From the NCBI RefSeq assembly GCF_963921235.1, contig NC_086108.1, positions 85,438,001 to 85,502,000 of the forward strand: 64,000 nucleotides of DNA. The letters run 5' to 3'. Position 1 is the first letter of the stretch, and every line of letters starts with the position of its first letter. Shown in pieces: positions 12,626 through 25,249 of the stretch. Below the pieces are notes generated by a model. It had not been told where the DNA came from, made no database searches, and worked only from the letters and a program-made list of their open reading frames with translations. Source of the stretch: Mobula hypostoma (Eukaryota). A program made the position numbers and the translations under genes.

Positions 12626-14929
12626 ACGTACCAATATTCTACCAACATAAACCTTAGTGCTGTCTGGGTCCCCAAAGCCCTATATGCCTTTAGGAAAATG
12701 TGTTCTGTGGGACTGTTTAAGTCTGTAAGTGCGGTAGTTGGAAGCATTGTTGAATCTTGGTCAGAGACTGGGCAATGGGGCAGTAGGGACCTGGGCTCTA
12801 TGGAAGAGGTGGATGATTGAAGGATGGAAGGTGAGTAAACGACTTCTTTTCATTAGTTTCCAATTTGACACTGGGCACTAAAAACATGACTCTTCTGGGA
12901 ACGTACGAGAAATGGTTGCTCCCTGGTGCTTACAACCACTCACAACAGGGAGTGGGGAGGCAGCTGATATTCCTACATTAATTTTGTTTACTCGTCAAAG
13001 CAGGGATTCCTGTAATGTTGCGGAATTCTGAATAATAACGTAATCTAAAAATAGGTTCAGCAAAACTCCATCCAAGGGAAATGTTTTTCTGCAGGCCGCT
13101 ATTCACAATATTCCACTCTCAAATTTATAATTTCGAAAAACAGAAAAACATGAATATTCCATATTTAAACAATCAGATTTCAATTACTGAATTTACTTGT
13201 GTATCTTGGAGGAGCTGGATACTCTAGAAGTTGCTTAATGCATACAGAACTCTGAGTGAAAGATATTTTAATCCTAAATTTTGGAGTTAGTATCTGGAAA
13301 TGTTCGTCTTACAAGAAGATTGAAAAGTATATATTTTTTGCAGTATGTTACTCCGTTACATCTTTGGATAGGATAAAAAGAATTGAAAGTAAGCACTTTA
13401 CTTTATAGTTGTTATTTACAGTGGTATTCTCTGCAGGTTTTAGGCTTGCATACTACAGAGCTGCACATTTCTATCTAGTCCTGGCTAAAGGCTGCATGTC
13501 GAAGGGATTAACTTTCACTTACTTCTGTGGGTGCTATCTCTGTATTTGAAGCACATTTTAGTTTTTTTTGTCAATGTGATACATTAAAGCTCTGAACATA
13601 CATCGCCCTGCCTTCCTGTTCACTTTCTCAATGATTTTGACAATGTCTTCTCTATGGGATCAGTCCTCTTCATTGGTGAACGCTGACCTGATTTGCTGAG
13701 ACTATATCTCTCAGATGGGAGAGAACATTGGTTGACTGGAAAAAGAAAGCTGGTGAACAACTTCCCCTCTAATTTTCTATACAGCTGCTCCGACCAATCA
13801 TTGCTCTGAGCAGGAAATGTTTACACGGCCTAGAAATTGCATGGCGCTTTAAGTATTTTTTTTGTAATATGCATACTATGAATATTTAGAATGAAAATTG
13901 AAAAATCACATTCTTTTGATAATATTTATTAATTGAAGGGTATAATGAAATGCAGTAAAATAAAGACCATCTTTCATGTTGAGTAAACTTTTTCTCGTCT
14001 ACCTCTATTAGCAATCCATTGTTTATAAACACTGTACATATTAATTTTGCATCCAGATGAAAGATACGTCTTAATCTTCATTTTTCACTCAAATGTTCTA
14101 CTTCTACTCTGTTTCTGGATTTACATTTGATTAAATTCAAACGACTGAATCCACATTCACTGTCAGCACTAGACACTTGAAATATTCCATCAATATCAAC
14201 AAGAATTGACAGTTTTTCAAATTCTTCAAGCCCATAGTTCAACATATCAGTGAACATCTTCATTGAACCGGTCTTAACTTTCTCAGAAATGACAAATTTG
14301 AAAACTCAGATTGCCATGATATTTTTCAGACAACACTTTCTTCGTACTTTGTAATAGTACTGTAGCTGAATATTTTTTGTCAGTTGTACAACATTCTTTT
14401 TCCCAAATTCAAAACTGGTTGTGTTTGCCATAGCAATAGGGTCAAAAGCGTGTTGTTCTCTTAGTTAATCTTTGGGAAATCTATTATACATGTGATTACA
14501 CACATGTTGAATGAATCAAATAATAGGAGCGGTATCAACATCAAAACTTACAGAACTTCTAGATGCAAGTAGATCTTTTCATTCTGTATTTATTGTTTCA
14601 ATTTGTAACTTGAAACACTGACAATAAAAATATGTCGAAGTTCTAAAATGTTTCAAAGTAAAGGCTGTGGTATGTTTACTGAGAAAATTTATAGATTATA
14701 TTCATTAACACATTATGTTCTGGAGGGCAGAGCTTAATCATGATGGTGCTAAATGGAGACTCCTTTGCTTGCGTCTTTGGAAACAGCTCTATTTCTATCT
14801 TTAATATCTCTACTTTTCCTTTTCAGGGTGCTTTTGAAGACCCTGACCTGGAGTTACACGCTGACTTCGGTTCTTTGAGGGAATGGGACCTGGTCTCGGG
14901 GTTTCATGACTGGCCATTATTCGACATGG

Positions 14930-17900
14930 AAAAACATAGAAACATAGAAACATGGAAACATAGAAACATAGAAAACCTACAGCACAATACAGGCCCTTTG
15001 GCCCACAAATTTGTGCAGACCATGTCCCTACCTTAGAAATTACTGGACTTCCCCATAGCCCTCTATTTTTCTAAGCTCCATGTACCTATCCAAGAGTCTC
15101 TTAAAAGACCCTATCATATCCGCCTCCACCACCATTGCCAGCAACTTATTCCACGCACTTACCACTCTCTGAGTAAAAAATTTACCCCTGATATCTCCTC
15201 TGTTCCTACTCCCAAGCACTGTAAACCTGTGTCCTCTTGTGGCAATCATTTCAGCCCTGGGAAAAAGCCTCTGACTATCAGCATGATCAATGCCTCTCAT
15301 TATCTTATACAGCTCTATCAGGTCACCTCCCATCCTCCGTCACTCCAAGCAGAAAAGGCCAAGTTCACTCAACCTGTTTTCATAAGGCATGCTCCCCAAT
15401 CCAGGTAAAATTTTTGTAAATCTCCTCTGCACCCTTTCTATGGCTTCCATATCCTTCCTGTAGTGAGGCGACCAGACTGAGCACAGTACTCCAAGTGGGG
15501 TCTGACCAGGGTCCTATATAGCTGCAACATTACCTCTCGGCTCCTAAATTCAGTTCCACGATTAATGAAGGCCAATACACCGTGCGCCTTCTTAACCACA
15601 GAGACAACCTGCGCAGCTGCTTTGAGTGTCCTTTGGGCTTGGACCCCAAGATCCCTCTGATCCTCCACACCGCCAAGAGTCTTACCATTAATACTATATT
15701 CTGCCATCATATTTGACCTACCAAAATGGACGACTTCACACTTATCTGGGTTGAACTCCATCTGCCACTTCTCAGCCCAGTCTTGCATCCTATCAATGTC
15801 CTGCTGTAACCTCTGACAGCCCTCCACACTACCTACAATACCTCCAACCTTTGTGTCATCAGCAAACTTACTAAGCCATCCCTCCACTTCCTCATCCCAG
15901 TCATTTATAAAAATCATGAAGCTTAAGGGTCCCAGAACAGATCCCTGAGGCACACCACTGGTCACCGACCTCTATGCAGAATATGACCCCTCTACAACTA
16001 CACTTTGCCTTCTGTGGGCAAGCCAGTTCTGGATCCACAAAGCAATGTTCCTTTGGATCCCATGCCTCCTTACTTTCTCAATAAGCCTTGCATGGGGTAC
16101 CTTATCAAACGCCTTGCTGAAATCCATGTATTGCATCTTCCTTCATCTACTGCTCTTCCTTCATCAATGTGTTTAGTCACATCCTCAAAAAATTCAATCA
16201 GGCTCATAAGGCATGACCTGCCTTTGACAAAGCCATGCTGACTATTCCTAATCATATTATACCTCTCCAAATGTTCATAAATCCTGCCTCTCAGGTTCTT
16301 CTCTATCAAGTTACCAACCACTGAAGAAAGACTCACTGGTCTATAATTTCCTGGGCTATCTCTACTCCTTTTCTTGAATAAAGGAACAACATCCGCAACC
16401 CTCCAATCCTCCAGAACATCTCCCATCCCCATTGATGATTCAAGGATCATCAACAGAGGCTCAGCAATCTCCTCCCTTGACTCCTGCAGTAGCCTGGGTT
16501 TACATCTCATCTGGACCCGGCGACTTATCCAACTTGATGCTTTCCAAAAGCTCCAGCAAATCCTCTTTCTTAATATCTACATGTTCAGGCTTTTCAGTCT
16601 GCTGCAAGTCAGCACTACAATCACCAAGATCCTTTTCCATAGTGAATACTGAAGTAAAGTATTCATTAAGTACCTCTGCTATTTCCTCCGGTTCCATACA
16701 CACTTTTCCACTGTCACACTTGATAGGTCCAATTCTTTCACATCTTATCCTCTTGCTCTTCACATACTTGTAGAATGCCTTGGGGTTTTCCTTAATCCTG
16801 CCCACCAAGGCCTTCTCATGGCCCCTTCTGGCTCTCCTAATTTCCTTTTTAAGCTCCTTCCTGTTTGCCTTATAATCTTCTAGATCCCTAACATTACCCA
16901 ACTCTCTGAACTTTTGTAAGCTTTGTTTTTCTTCTTGACTAGATTTATTACTGCCTTTGTACACTACGGTTCCTGTACCCTACCATAACTTCCCTGTCTC
17001 ATTGGAACGTACCTGTGCAGAACTCCACACAAATATCCCCTGAACATTTGCCACATTTCTTCCGTACTTTTCCCTGAGAACATCTGTTCCCAATTTAAGC
17101 CTCCAATTTCCTGCCTGATAGCCTCATAATTCCCCTTACTTCAATTAAATGCTTTTCTAACTTGTCTGTTCCTATTTTTCTCCAATGCTATTGTAAAGGA
17201 GATAGAATTGTGATCATTATCTCCAAAATGCTCTCCCACTGTGAGATTTAACACCTGACTAGGTTCATTTCCCAATACCAAATCAAGTACAGTCTCTCCT
17301 CTTGTAGGCTTATCTACATATTGTGTCAAGAAACCTTCTTGAACACACCTAACAAACTCCACCCCATTTAAACCCCTTGCTCTAGGGAGACGCCAATCAA
17401 TATTTGGAAAATTAAAATCTCCCATAACGACAACTCTGTTATTATTACACCTTTCCAGGATCTGTTTCCCTATCTGCTCCTCGATATCCCTGTTGCTATT
17501 GGGCGTCCTATAAAAAAACACCCAGAAAAGTTATTCACCTCTTCCTGTTCCTAACCTCCACCCACAGAGACTTTGTAGACAATCCCTCCATGACGTTTAC
17601 CTTTTCTGCAGCCGTGACACTATCTCTGATCAACAGTGCCACTCCCCCACCTCTTTTACCTTCCTCCCTGTCCTTTCTGAAACACCTGAAACCCGGCACT
17701 TGAAGTAACCATTCCTGTCCCTGACCCATCCAAATCACTGTAATGGCAACTACATCATAGCTACAAGTACTGATCCATGCTCTAAGCACATCCACTTTGT
17801 TCACGATACTCCTTGCGTTAAAATAGACACATCTCAAACCATCGGTCTGAGCTCGTCCCTTCTCTATCATCTGCCTATCTTCCCTCACACACTGTCTCCA

Positions 17901-19190
17901 AGCTTTCTCTATTTGTGAGCCAAGCGCCTCTTCCCCAGTCTCTTCAGTTCAGTTCCCACCCCCCAAAAGTTCTAGTTTAAACTCTCCCCAGTAGCCTTAG
18001 CAAACCTCCCTGCCAGGATATTGGTCCCCCTGGGATTCAAGTGCAACCCGTCCTTTTTTACAGGTCACACCTGCCCCAGAAGAGGTCCCAATGATCCAGA
18101 AATCTGGATCTCTGCCCCCGCTCCAATCCCTCAGCCACGCATTTATCCTCTACCTTATTCTACTTCTGTACTCATTGTCTCGTGGCACAGGCAGTAATCC
18201 TGAGATGACTACCTTTGCGGTCCTGCTTCTCAACTTCCTTCCTATCTCCCTGTAGTCTTTTTTCAGGACCTCCTCCCTTTTTTTTAACCTATGTCACTGG
18301 TACCAATATGTACCATGACCTCTGGCTGTTCTCCCTCCCACTGCAGGATATCTTGGACACGATTTGAAACATCCCGGACCCTGGCAACTGGGAGGCAAGC
18401 TACCATCCGAGTTTCTTTTCTGTGTCCACAGAATCGCCTGTCTGACCCCCTAACTATAGAGTCCCCTATCACTACTGTCATCTTCTTCCTTTCCCTACCC
18501 TTCTGAGCCACAGGGCCGGACTCTGCCAGAGGCACGGCTACTGTTGCTTCCCCCAGGCAGGCTGTCCCCCTCAACAGTACTCAAACAGGAGTACTTATTG
18601 TCAAGGGGTACAGACACAGGGGTACTCTCTAATACCTGACTCTTCCCCTTCCCTCTCCTGACTGTGACCCACTTGTCTGTCTCCCGTGGCCCCAGTGTGA
18701 CCACCTGCCTGTAACTTGTTTCTATCACCTCCTCGCTCTCCCTGACCAGATGAAGGTCATCGAGCTGCATCTCCAGTTCCCTAACTTGGTCCCTTAGGAG
18801 ATGCAGCTCGATACACCAGCTGCAGATATGGCCGTCAAGGAGGCTGGGAGACTCCAGGACCTCTCACATCTGACACCGAGCACAGAAAACCGGCCTCACA
18901 CACATACTACTTCCTTTCTGCAATTAACACAGGTAGACCTACCTCGCTTCGTTACCGCCTAAGCCTGTTGAGCCAAAGCCCTACCACTCTGCTACCTCTT
19001 ACTTCACTGCCCGCTGGATATGGCGGTCTTCTTTTTGAACTTTTCCTGCTCTACTGGTTGACATCACGTACCTGCGCAGTCTTGCCTCTCTCTTACCCTG
19101 AGTAGTAAAATTGCCTTCGCTCTGGAAATCCTTAGCCGTTCACCCACAGCCTTCTTGCTCCAAATCAAAAAAAATGCAGCCTAAGAGCTT
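14930..19190 (-). mobile_element. Near-full-length CR1 LINE (ORF1 zinc finger plus SGNH esterase; ORF2 APE plus RT), frameshifted
   Basis: ORF1 VIGDSIVRG ... VMVHIGTSDIG; APE CVYFNARSI, MGDFNFPNIDW, DHNSISF; RT PGNYRPVSL, GVPQGSVLGP, KFADDTK; 8-bp tail repeat (gaaacata)n at about 14930-14972. Confidence 0.95.
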
Positions 19191-19645
19191 CGCTCGCCTT
19201 TGGGGGTCCAAGATCTCATGGCTCTGGATATGGGTGGATCGAAGGTCAGTGTCCTGGCAGAAAATTGGTGTGTCGTGGGAGTCGGATCTATGGCTATGTG
19301 CCCAGTGACCTGAGATCTTTGGGCACAGAGCGTGGAAAATGCGACACAATAGACTTTTAACATCGTAAACCAGTGAATTGTTTGTTATGTCTCCCCTCTT
19401 GCTGTGAAACAGAGACACCTCTTTTTCCCTTATTCGGGAGAGAGAGAGCCTGTGGTATGTCAAATACTGGGTGAACAAGTAGTCTTCGGGGTACTGCAAG
19501 TCTATATCCTTGCTATTCTTTTGCTGCACGTTTGAGTGCTCAGTGGAGGGTGTTGATGCTTTTTTTGCTGGTGGGGGGAGGGGGGATTGTTGCTTGCTGC
19601 CGCTTGCACGCGGGAGGAGGGAGCTGGGGGGGGGCTTTGGGGTTG

Positions 19646-19965
19646 AAACATAGAAAACCTACAGCACAATACAGGTAGCCCACAAAGCTGTGCTGAACAT
19701 GTCCTTACCTTGGAAATTACCTAGGGTTACCCATAGCCCTCTATTTTTCTGAGCTCCATGTATCCATCCTGGAGTCTCTTAAAAGACCCTAATGTATCCA
19801 CCTCCACCACCGCCACCGGCAGCCCAGTCCGTGCGCTCACCACTCTCTGTGTAAAAAAACTTACCCCTGACATCCCCTCTGTACCTACTTCCAAGCACCT
19901 TAAAACTATGCCCTCTCATGCTAGCCATTTCAGCCCTGGGAAAAAGCCTTTGAATTTCCATACGA
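19646..19965 (-). mobile_element. 5'-truncated CR1 3' end
   Basis: Closely similar to the CR1 3' end at about 14960-15270 (gaaacatagaaaacctacagcacaatacagg ...). Confidence 0.9.
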
Positions 19966-20452
19966 TTCTAACATTTAACTGTCATTTATTCTCTGGGGGC
20001 TGTCTTCTGTTTTCGTGGATAGTTGCGAAGAAAAAACATTTCGGGATGTGTATTGTATACATTTCTCTAACATTAAATGTACCTTTGAAACACATAATTA
20101 ATTTCTGGGTATTTCACAATTAAGTTCACACAAATTTCAAAATTATATTAACGTCCTATAAAAGAAAATTCCAGCTGCGTGACCCCAAAGGCGATATGCG
20201 CAGGAGAATTTCAGTTACTGTGCAGCTGCACTGCCATGCAGCTTATAGAGAGCCGTGCTGGTGTCTCTGTGTGAAACATCTGAATCAGGTCAGTTTAATG
20301 CATGGGAAAGAATGGAGAATTACTTCCTGACTTCCATCTGCCCCATTCCCTCAGAGCACCATGATGATTGTCCTCTCCAATCTGCCATTCAGTAAAGCTC
20401 ACTCACTCACAAACACAACGTATTACTTTAAACGCTCAACACCCCCCGAAAA

Positions 20453-20761
20453 TTGACTGCAAGACCTATTCCAATCATTGAGTCTCCCACTACAGACTGT
20501 CAACACAGGTGCAACTACTGATTGTAGAGCCTATTTCAATCAATGAATCATCAACTGCAGGCTGTCAGCGTTATATCCGATACTGATTACAGGAGTTATA
20601 CTGATCAAGTATTACCCAATGTATGCTGTCAGAAATACTTTCAGTATGGACTTTAGGGGCTATTCCATCAGTAACCACCTCAAATCTTGACCAGAGAGTT
20701 TTATTCCATTTATGAAGTTAGCTACAATAGATTGTCACTAACACTGATAAGTGACCACAGG
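20453..20761. repeat. Degenerate tandem repeat, unit about 65 bp, about 5 copies
   Basis: Units start at 20453, 20518, 20583, 20647, 20687 and 20751; shared TGAY..AG..CTATTCCAATCA and CTGTCA motifs. Confidence 0.6.
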
Positions 20762-22169
20762 GTTTCTTCATGTAATTTGGCTCAAACATATTTAACAAAT
20801 AGTCCTGCCGTTGCTGCGGCTTGCTGATGTGCTTCGGTTTTTCTCTGTGCTATTGCCCGAATGTTCTTTTGTTCTCTGTTCTTTCTTGTTCTCTGTGATA
20901 TTGAATTAAAAAAAGAAATTGAAAAATATAAAGAGAGAAATTTGAAATTCAATTAAGCCCTAAGCCACATTTACTTGAAAGCTTAGATCCTGTTTATCTC
21001 CTCAGACTCGGCTAATATTTGTAACAGAAGCTGACTGAGATCTGCAGTCAGATTCTGAGTAATTTAATCATTCCATTTATTACCATTTTCATTTAGCTCT
21101 TCATTTAACATTATTTTCAAACGTTGAGGTTGAATAAAATGGCAAGAAGTCACGGAAAAGCAATTTGTGACAATGTTATTGTGAGTTAAAGTTATCATTT
21201 GCCATCATAACCGAACATTTTCTCTTATCATTTTTACATGAAACAAATATACAAGCAGGCACAGCTCAATCAGTAGCATTGTTATGTATTTCATATTAGA
21301 CTATGTATAAGATCTACAAGACAGTCACTGCCATGTTCTGCATAAAATTTATTGTAACACAAATAGCTGTGTTGTTCAGTCAAAAGACAACACTCATTAA
21401 GCAAAATCTTCCCATTACAAGTGGATAAACTGAACTTCACTGCTAAGCTAAACTTTAATGTATGTTTCTCAAGCAGTTGCACACTACAGAAAATTGCATG
21501 CTTCAGAACAACCATTGTCATGACAACCTCAGTAATATCGTTACGTGCTGCACCATATTAATTTGCTGGCTGTATTTTTTTTAAGAAATATTTTAAAAAT
21601 TGCGAAAACCCATGGGGCCTGTTGGATTGCTGCTTGTACTATAAACATAGAGATGTCATGGTGCTGCAAAATACAGCCATTTTTCTAATGGGTTAAACCC
21701 ATATTTTGACAAGCCCAAATTTAGTTTGAGTGGGTTACCCAACGGCATTCACTGTTCCTGCACCATTCAACTCAAAGTCTTTTTGTCCTGGAACCTACTG
21801 GAAATAGGAATTAATGCTAATGAGGTGAGTGTTTTAGGAGGCTTGGTGAATGGAAGTGTATCCTCCCAAACCTTTAAGTATTGACAAGGCAACAGGGAAT
21901 AATGGGGAAGATTTGTAAATGCAAGTCAGACCAGATGCACAAAACAAAATTGAAAGGAAGATTCAAAATAAAAGAAAATAAAAGTTAAAAAAAGCTAAAT
22001 CTGACTTATTACTTTGAAATTGAGAACAAAATTTGGGGATTTTCTTTGGGGCTTCGTCCACACTGATGTGGTAACTGTGCTAAAAATGCAACAGATACAC
22101 TTTCGATTGTGATATTTGTGACTCGCTTTCAGAATCCTTTCTACTCACTAAAAGACAAGAGCATAATGG

Positions 22170-22640
22170 AATATTTATCATTTGCCTGGATGTGTGCAGC
22201 TCCAACAACAGTCAAGTAGTTTGACATCATCCAGGGAAAAAGCAATCCGGTTGATTGACCACCTTAGTCATCCACTCTCTCAGCTGCTACTGTGTTGCTG
22301 CAATGCGTATTTTCTGCAGAATTCGTGGCAGCAAGTCACAATAGACATTTTTGTATCACCTTCCAAACCTGGGGTCTTTACTGCCTTGAGAAACAAGAGT
22401 AGAACATGTGTGGGGAGATCAGTTGCCCTATTCTCCATGATCTAGTATGCCTTGACTAGGAAATTTATTGTTATTCCTACATTGTTCTTCGGTCAAAAGT
22501 GCTGGAAATTCTCAGAAGTACTTCTTACCAAATGGACAAAGGGTGATTGAAGGAGAAGCCTACCCACCACCTCCTCAAGGGCATGCAGTAAACGACAGTA
22601 AATGACTGTCTTGCCAGTAACCTCCACTTCTGAAAATACA
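22170..22640 (+). mobile_element. Ancient LINE (CR1/L2 group) 3' fragment
   Basis: Decayed AWMCAAPTTVK*FDIIQGKAIRLI; tail cccaccacctcctcaagggc. Confidence 0.5.
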
Positions 22641-23207
22641 TTTTAAAATGTCACAGCAGTGTTGCGGAAGAAAACAGCTCCAAGGAAAGCTTCAGTCATT
22701 AATGTGCATTTCAGAATGTATTTACAATTATAGTTGCAGGCCTTTCATCATTTTGTCCATTGCAAGAGTTAGGCAGAAGATGATGTCTGTAATAACTATT
22801 TCTTATCTGCCTGTTCATCTTCTGTAAAATAAAATTGCTTGATGGTGTAATCTTATAGGAAGGGTTTTTATGATACTCCATTACTTTTGAAGACTAGAAT
22901 GAAACTTCTTGAACATCCAGGGTAAGTTCAATACCTAGCTCCAAAGACCAGATGCATTTTGCCATTATTTCCCGGCTTATCATCAAGAATCAAGATCTTT
23001 GCTAGATCACAAGGAAATAACAGACTCTCAGGAAATTAGAGTGCTGTAGATCAACCCAAAGAATGATCTAAAATATGAGACCCAAGCTTAGGAAAAATCC
23101 AAACAATTAGCAGACTGTCATTGAGTGGGAAAGAAGGTGAGAGCTCCGGCCTTACTCAACATTGTGGAAATAATTTATCTGTTTACCTGCTGAGATAAGC
23201 TCACGTC

Positions 23208-23760
23208 AGAATCAGAATCAGGTTTCCAGAATCAAAATCAGGTTTCTTATCACCAGCATGCATCGTGAAATTTGTTAACTTAGCAGCAGCAGCAGCAGTT
23301 AAGTGCAATATATAATATAGAAGAAAAAAATAAATAAATCAATTACAGTATATCTATATTGAATAGATTAAAAATCATGCAAAAACAGAAATAATGTATG
23401 TTAAAAAAGTGGGGTAGTGTTCACGGATTCAATGTCCATTTAGGAATTGGATGGCAGAGGAGAAGAAGCTTTTCCTGAATCGCTGAGTGTGTGCTTTCAG
23501 GCTTCTGTACCTCCTACCTGACCGAAACAATGAGAAAAGGGCATGCCCTGGGTGCTGGTGGTCCTTAATAATGGACGCTGCCTTTCTGAGACACCGCTCT
23601 TTGAAGATATCCTGAGTATTTTGTAGCCTCGTACCCAAGATGGAGCCAACTAAATTTACAACCCTCTGTAGCTTCTTCAGTCCTGTGCAGAAGCCACCCC
23701 CCCCCCCATACCAGACTGCGATGCAGCTTGTCAGAAAGCTCTCCGCTGCACATCTATAGA
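23208..23760 (-). mobile_element. Rex1/Babar LINE 3' end
   Basis: ORF 23429..23638 CLRKAASIIKDHQHPGHALFSLFRSGRRYRSL ... RFRKSFF; (agaatc)n tail. Confidence 0.85.
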
Positions 23761-24059
23761 AGAGCCCTTGTGGTCTCTTCCAGGGTGTCTCGAGTGGTGA
23801 CTTGTGTGGCAGCAGAATTCTCTACGTATATGATTAATTAAATATTCTCATTTCAGCTCATGTGTTGGCTAATCCAGATTGAGGGGGGGGGGGTACATGC
23901 AAAAGTACAGAGGGAAGAGTGGAAATTGAATATCTCTGAATAAGCAGTATTCATCATCAGGGACTCCCACAACTCAGGACATAGAACATAGAACATAGAA
24001 GTTTGCAGCATCTTACAGGCCCTTCAGCCCACACTGTTGTGAGGAACATGTAACTGTGG

Positions 24060-24481
24060 AGACCTGCTCTCTCTTCACTGCTGTTATCAGGAAGGAGGTA
24101 AAGGAGACTCAGGACTCATACCACTAGGTTCAGGATCAGTTATTACCCCTCAGCCATCAGGCTTTTGAACCAAAGGGGAAAACTTAACTCAACTTCACTT
24201 CCCCATTGTTGAACGGTTCCCTCAACTAATGGACTCACTTTCAAGTACTCTTCATCTCATGTTCTCAATATTTATTGATTATTTATTTATTTTCTTTTCT
24301 ATCTGTATAGTTTATGGTCTTTTGTTCACTAGTTGAATGCCCAAGTTGGTATGGTCTTTCATTGATTCTGTTATTGTTAATATTCGATATATTTTTTTGA
24401 GTAAATGAAGAATATGAATCTCAGGGTTGTAAATGGTGGCATATATATACTTTGATAATACATTTACTTTGAGCTTTTGAA
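24060..24481 (+). mobile_element. Rex1/Babar-type 3' end
   Basis: tcaggaaggaggtaaaggagactcaggactcataccactaggttcagg (SGRR..R.HTTRF); tail actttgagcttttga. Confidence 0.6.
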
Positions 24482-25249
24482 CCAAAGCCATTATCAAGGC
24501 AGGGATGAGCAGCAATCTTCAGGGAGCTGGAAGTATTGCTTTTCTAGAGAGCCTCCAACTAGAAAGGCAGTTCTTCTCTCTGATAGAACTTAAATATTTG
24601 CTTAAATATAAGAACATAAAAAGTAAATGTGCTCAAAGGTTTTTTCCACCACTCCTAAATACATTGTTGAGCATGTATATCAATATTTTCTACCCCACCC
24701 TGTTCTATACTGCTCAAATCATCAAGTGTCCAAAAATATATAGATATTGGCATAATGATTGGCATGGCCTGCCTATCTCTAATATTATATGATTTCCTTG
24801 CGTGTCATTATTGATCATTGCATGAAGATCTGAGATACAGCAACTGTAAATATATTTTCAAATTGAAAGGTGGCCATCCAGGAAAAAAAAATTGCATTGC
24901 ACACTTGCAGTGATTATCTGTGCTCCTCAATCAGACTGTTTTGTGTAACTGAATGTAATCACTTATTTAATACGTCAGCCATAAAGTTCAGGACTTGCCT
25001 GTCCCGATACACAGCATAAGCTCGAAACATTGGCTTCGACTTTGCCGGTCCTGATGCGGAATGTTGACTATCCCTTTGCCTACACTGATTCTGCTTAACC
25101 TTCTGAGTTCCTTCAGCATTGTACCTGGGTTCGTTTGCAGTCTCTTGCCTCTCCAGGTTCATGGTTTAGTTTATGGATGCTCATGTGGATGATGCATTAA
25201 TGGATAGACATCCTGGTTATATTTAAAGTCCAAAGATATTCAGCAAAGA

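Larger units (their letters stand above)
14717..20088 (+). mobile_element. Unclassified non-coding, non-autonomous retroelement split by two CR1 insertions (pieces at about 14717-14929, 19190-19645 and 19966-20088)
   Basis: Flanks aacacattat (14707-14716) and aacacataat (20089-20098); 3' end attaaatgtacctttga; no coding motif. Confidence 0.5.
13758..20257 (-). mobile_element. hAT DNA transposon relic, interrupted by nested insertions at 14717-20088
   Basis: ORF 14078..14263 QVSSADSECGFSRLNLIKCKSRNRVEVEHL matches the hAT C-terminal dimerisation motif. Degenerate TIRs caacttcccctctaa / ttatagagagccgtg; 8-bp flanks ctggtgaa / ctggtgtc (6/8). Outer limits are less certain than the ORF call. Confidence 0.6.

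Noticed and set aside
19570..19645. G-run cluster (possible G-quadruplex)
   Set aside because: It is an internal part of an interspersed repeat and nothing indicates a locus-specific role.
20453..20761. CRISPR-like repeat-spacer reading of the 65-bp array
   Set aside because: The context is eukaryotic, the repeats are too divergent, the linkers are partly homologous, and there are no cas genes.
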